This document shows, piece by piece, positions 62,922 to 64,000 of a DNA stretch of 64,000 nucleotides (position 1 is the stretch's first letter; every line of letters starts with the position of its first letter). The notes under the pieces were generated by a model. That model was not told where the DNA came from. It made no database searches and saw nothing but the letters and a program-made list of their open reading frames with translations. The stretch spans positions 2,544,312 through 2,608,311 of the forward strand of contig NW_003314271.1 in assembly GCF_000143415.4 (NCBI RefSeq). Direction: 5' to 3'. A program made the position numbers and the translations under genes. Origin of the DNA: Selaginella moellendorffii. Lineage: Eukaryota; Plantae; Lycopodiophyta.

Positions 62922-64000
62922 TAATTAATGTCCCACTTTACTGAATAAGTCCCACTTTAACGAAATAAAGCATATTACTAAAAGAAATAACACCTAAATC
63001 TATTAGAACCAATCTTAGCAACAATCAACAAAATTAAATATATGTCATTAAGTAAACACTTATGTATGCTGCACTTGCTCTACCATAGATGGTTTTGAGA
63101 GTTGGCAATAAAGGTGATTGAGATATTAGATATGGAGGTCCATAATTTTGGAATGGTAAAAGCGATGTGGTGAGAGGCCAAGGGATACAAGCCTCAAATA
63201 TTATAGCCCTTACCAATATTATGGACTTGTTATCTATGTCAAGAGCATAAAGATTGATTATTATTGTTGGAATAGTTATGTATTGCATTTACCAAAGACA
63301 ACAGCCTCTATGACCACAAAAATATATCCAAAAAATATTTAAATATAATAACTTTAAATATGAAACAAAAATAAACATCTATGTCTTTGAAGGCAAACCA
63401 CTACATATGGGTGTTGTTGTTGTATGAATTTTGACTAAAAACCTTTAAGGAAATAACACCAAATTTTAAAAGGATTTACAATTGCAAGCAATTTTTTATT
63501 GAAGATGTTATAAGTGATTTCTATATTTATGTACTTTGGATAATGAAAAACAATTGGGTGAAACTCATTATTTAGTTCCTCTTGTGATAAAATAACACCT
63601 AAAGCAAAATTTAAAACATTTGTTTCAATGAAATATAGTTTTGTGTTGTCTAGATAGATGAAAACTAGAATGAAATGAATATAGATTTCAAGAGATCAAA
63701 AAAAGTTTAGGAACAAAAAACTAGAAAAGGGGTATAATTTATGGTAGAAAGAGTGATTTTGGAGAAGTCTTAAATAAAACACTAATAAAAGTTTGTAAAA
63801 AAAAAAAAACATTAGATATCACAAATAAAAGTTAAGTGTTACCACTCAAGAATGGTGGAAACTTTAGTAAGATCTATAATGATGTAGTGACAAATAATAT
63901 AGCCTAAAAGCCTAATTTATATTGTCAAATATGCTAGAGTACAAGATAAATATGATGGAAATGTGAATCAAATTATAACACTGTCGTCGTCAACACCAAT

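Larger units (their letters stand above)
59400..64000. mobile_element. Nested decayed LTR-retrotransposon fragments (Gypsy; possibly Copia)
   Basis: Gypsy RNase H on minus strand ~63620-63440 (NFALGVILSQ..HPI..KKLLAIVNPFKIWCYFLKG); PPT AAAAGAGGGAAAG|TG on minus at ~61881-61867; tRNA-Met PBS-like TGGTATTAGAG at 61562; very AT-rich. Confidence 0.65.

Overview
Eukaryotic land-plant nuclear DNA. The ~50-nt introns, very tight gene packing and SS-motif PPR gene point to a lycophyte, most likely Selaginella (inference, not verified). Two gene-dense, GC-rich islands (1-19.9 kb and 38.4-58.3 kb) alternate with AT-rich transposon-derived blocks (19.9-38.3 kb and 58.3-64 kb), each containing an assembly gap. 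Island 1: NDUFA9 (partial), CIN-class TCP, RabH/Rab6, an LEA-like protein, a GPI-type 8-Cys protein, a CRF-type AP2/ERF, TSJT1/DUF3700, an orphan ORF and a HAK/KUP transporter. Island 2: a small Lys-rich ORF, a ~1530-aa RNA-binding protein, plastid YgfZ/IBA57, a PPR protein, SURF6/RRP14, a SOG1-like NAC, DUF726/TMCO4, RPB8, an sHSP and GLYR2. The middle block holds a decayed Gypsy element plus Helitron-type ends, RPA/OB-fold relics and intron-containing host gene fragments (ARP5, AAE, purple acid phosphatase, probable sulfiredoxin, WRKY). The strongest novelty candidate is the 5-exon gene at 43844-38860. By eye it fuses SPOC-like, RD/RS-rich, two KHDC4/RIK-like KH and four U2AF65-like RRM domains. 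All protein assignments are from motif recognition by eye; no database searches were run.
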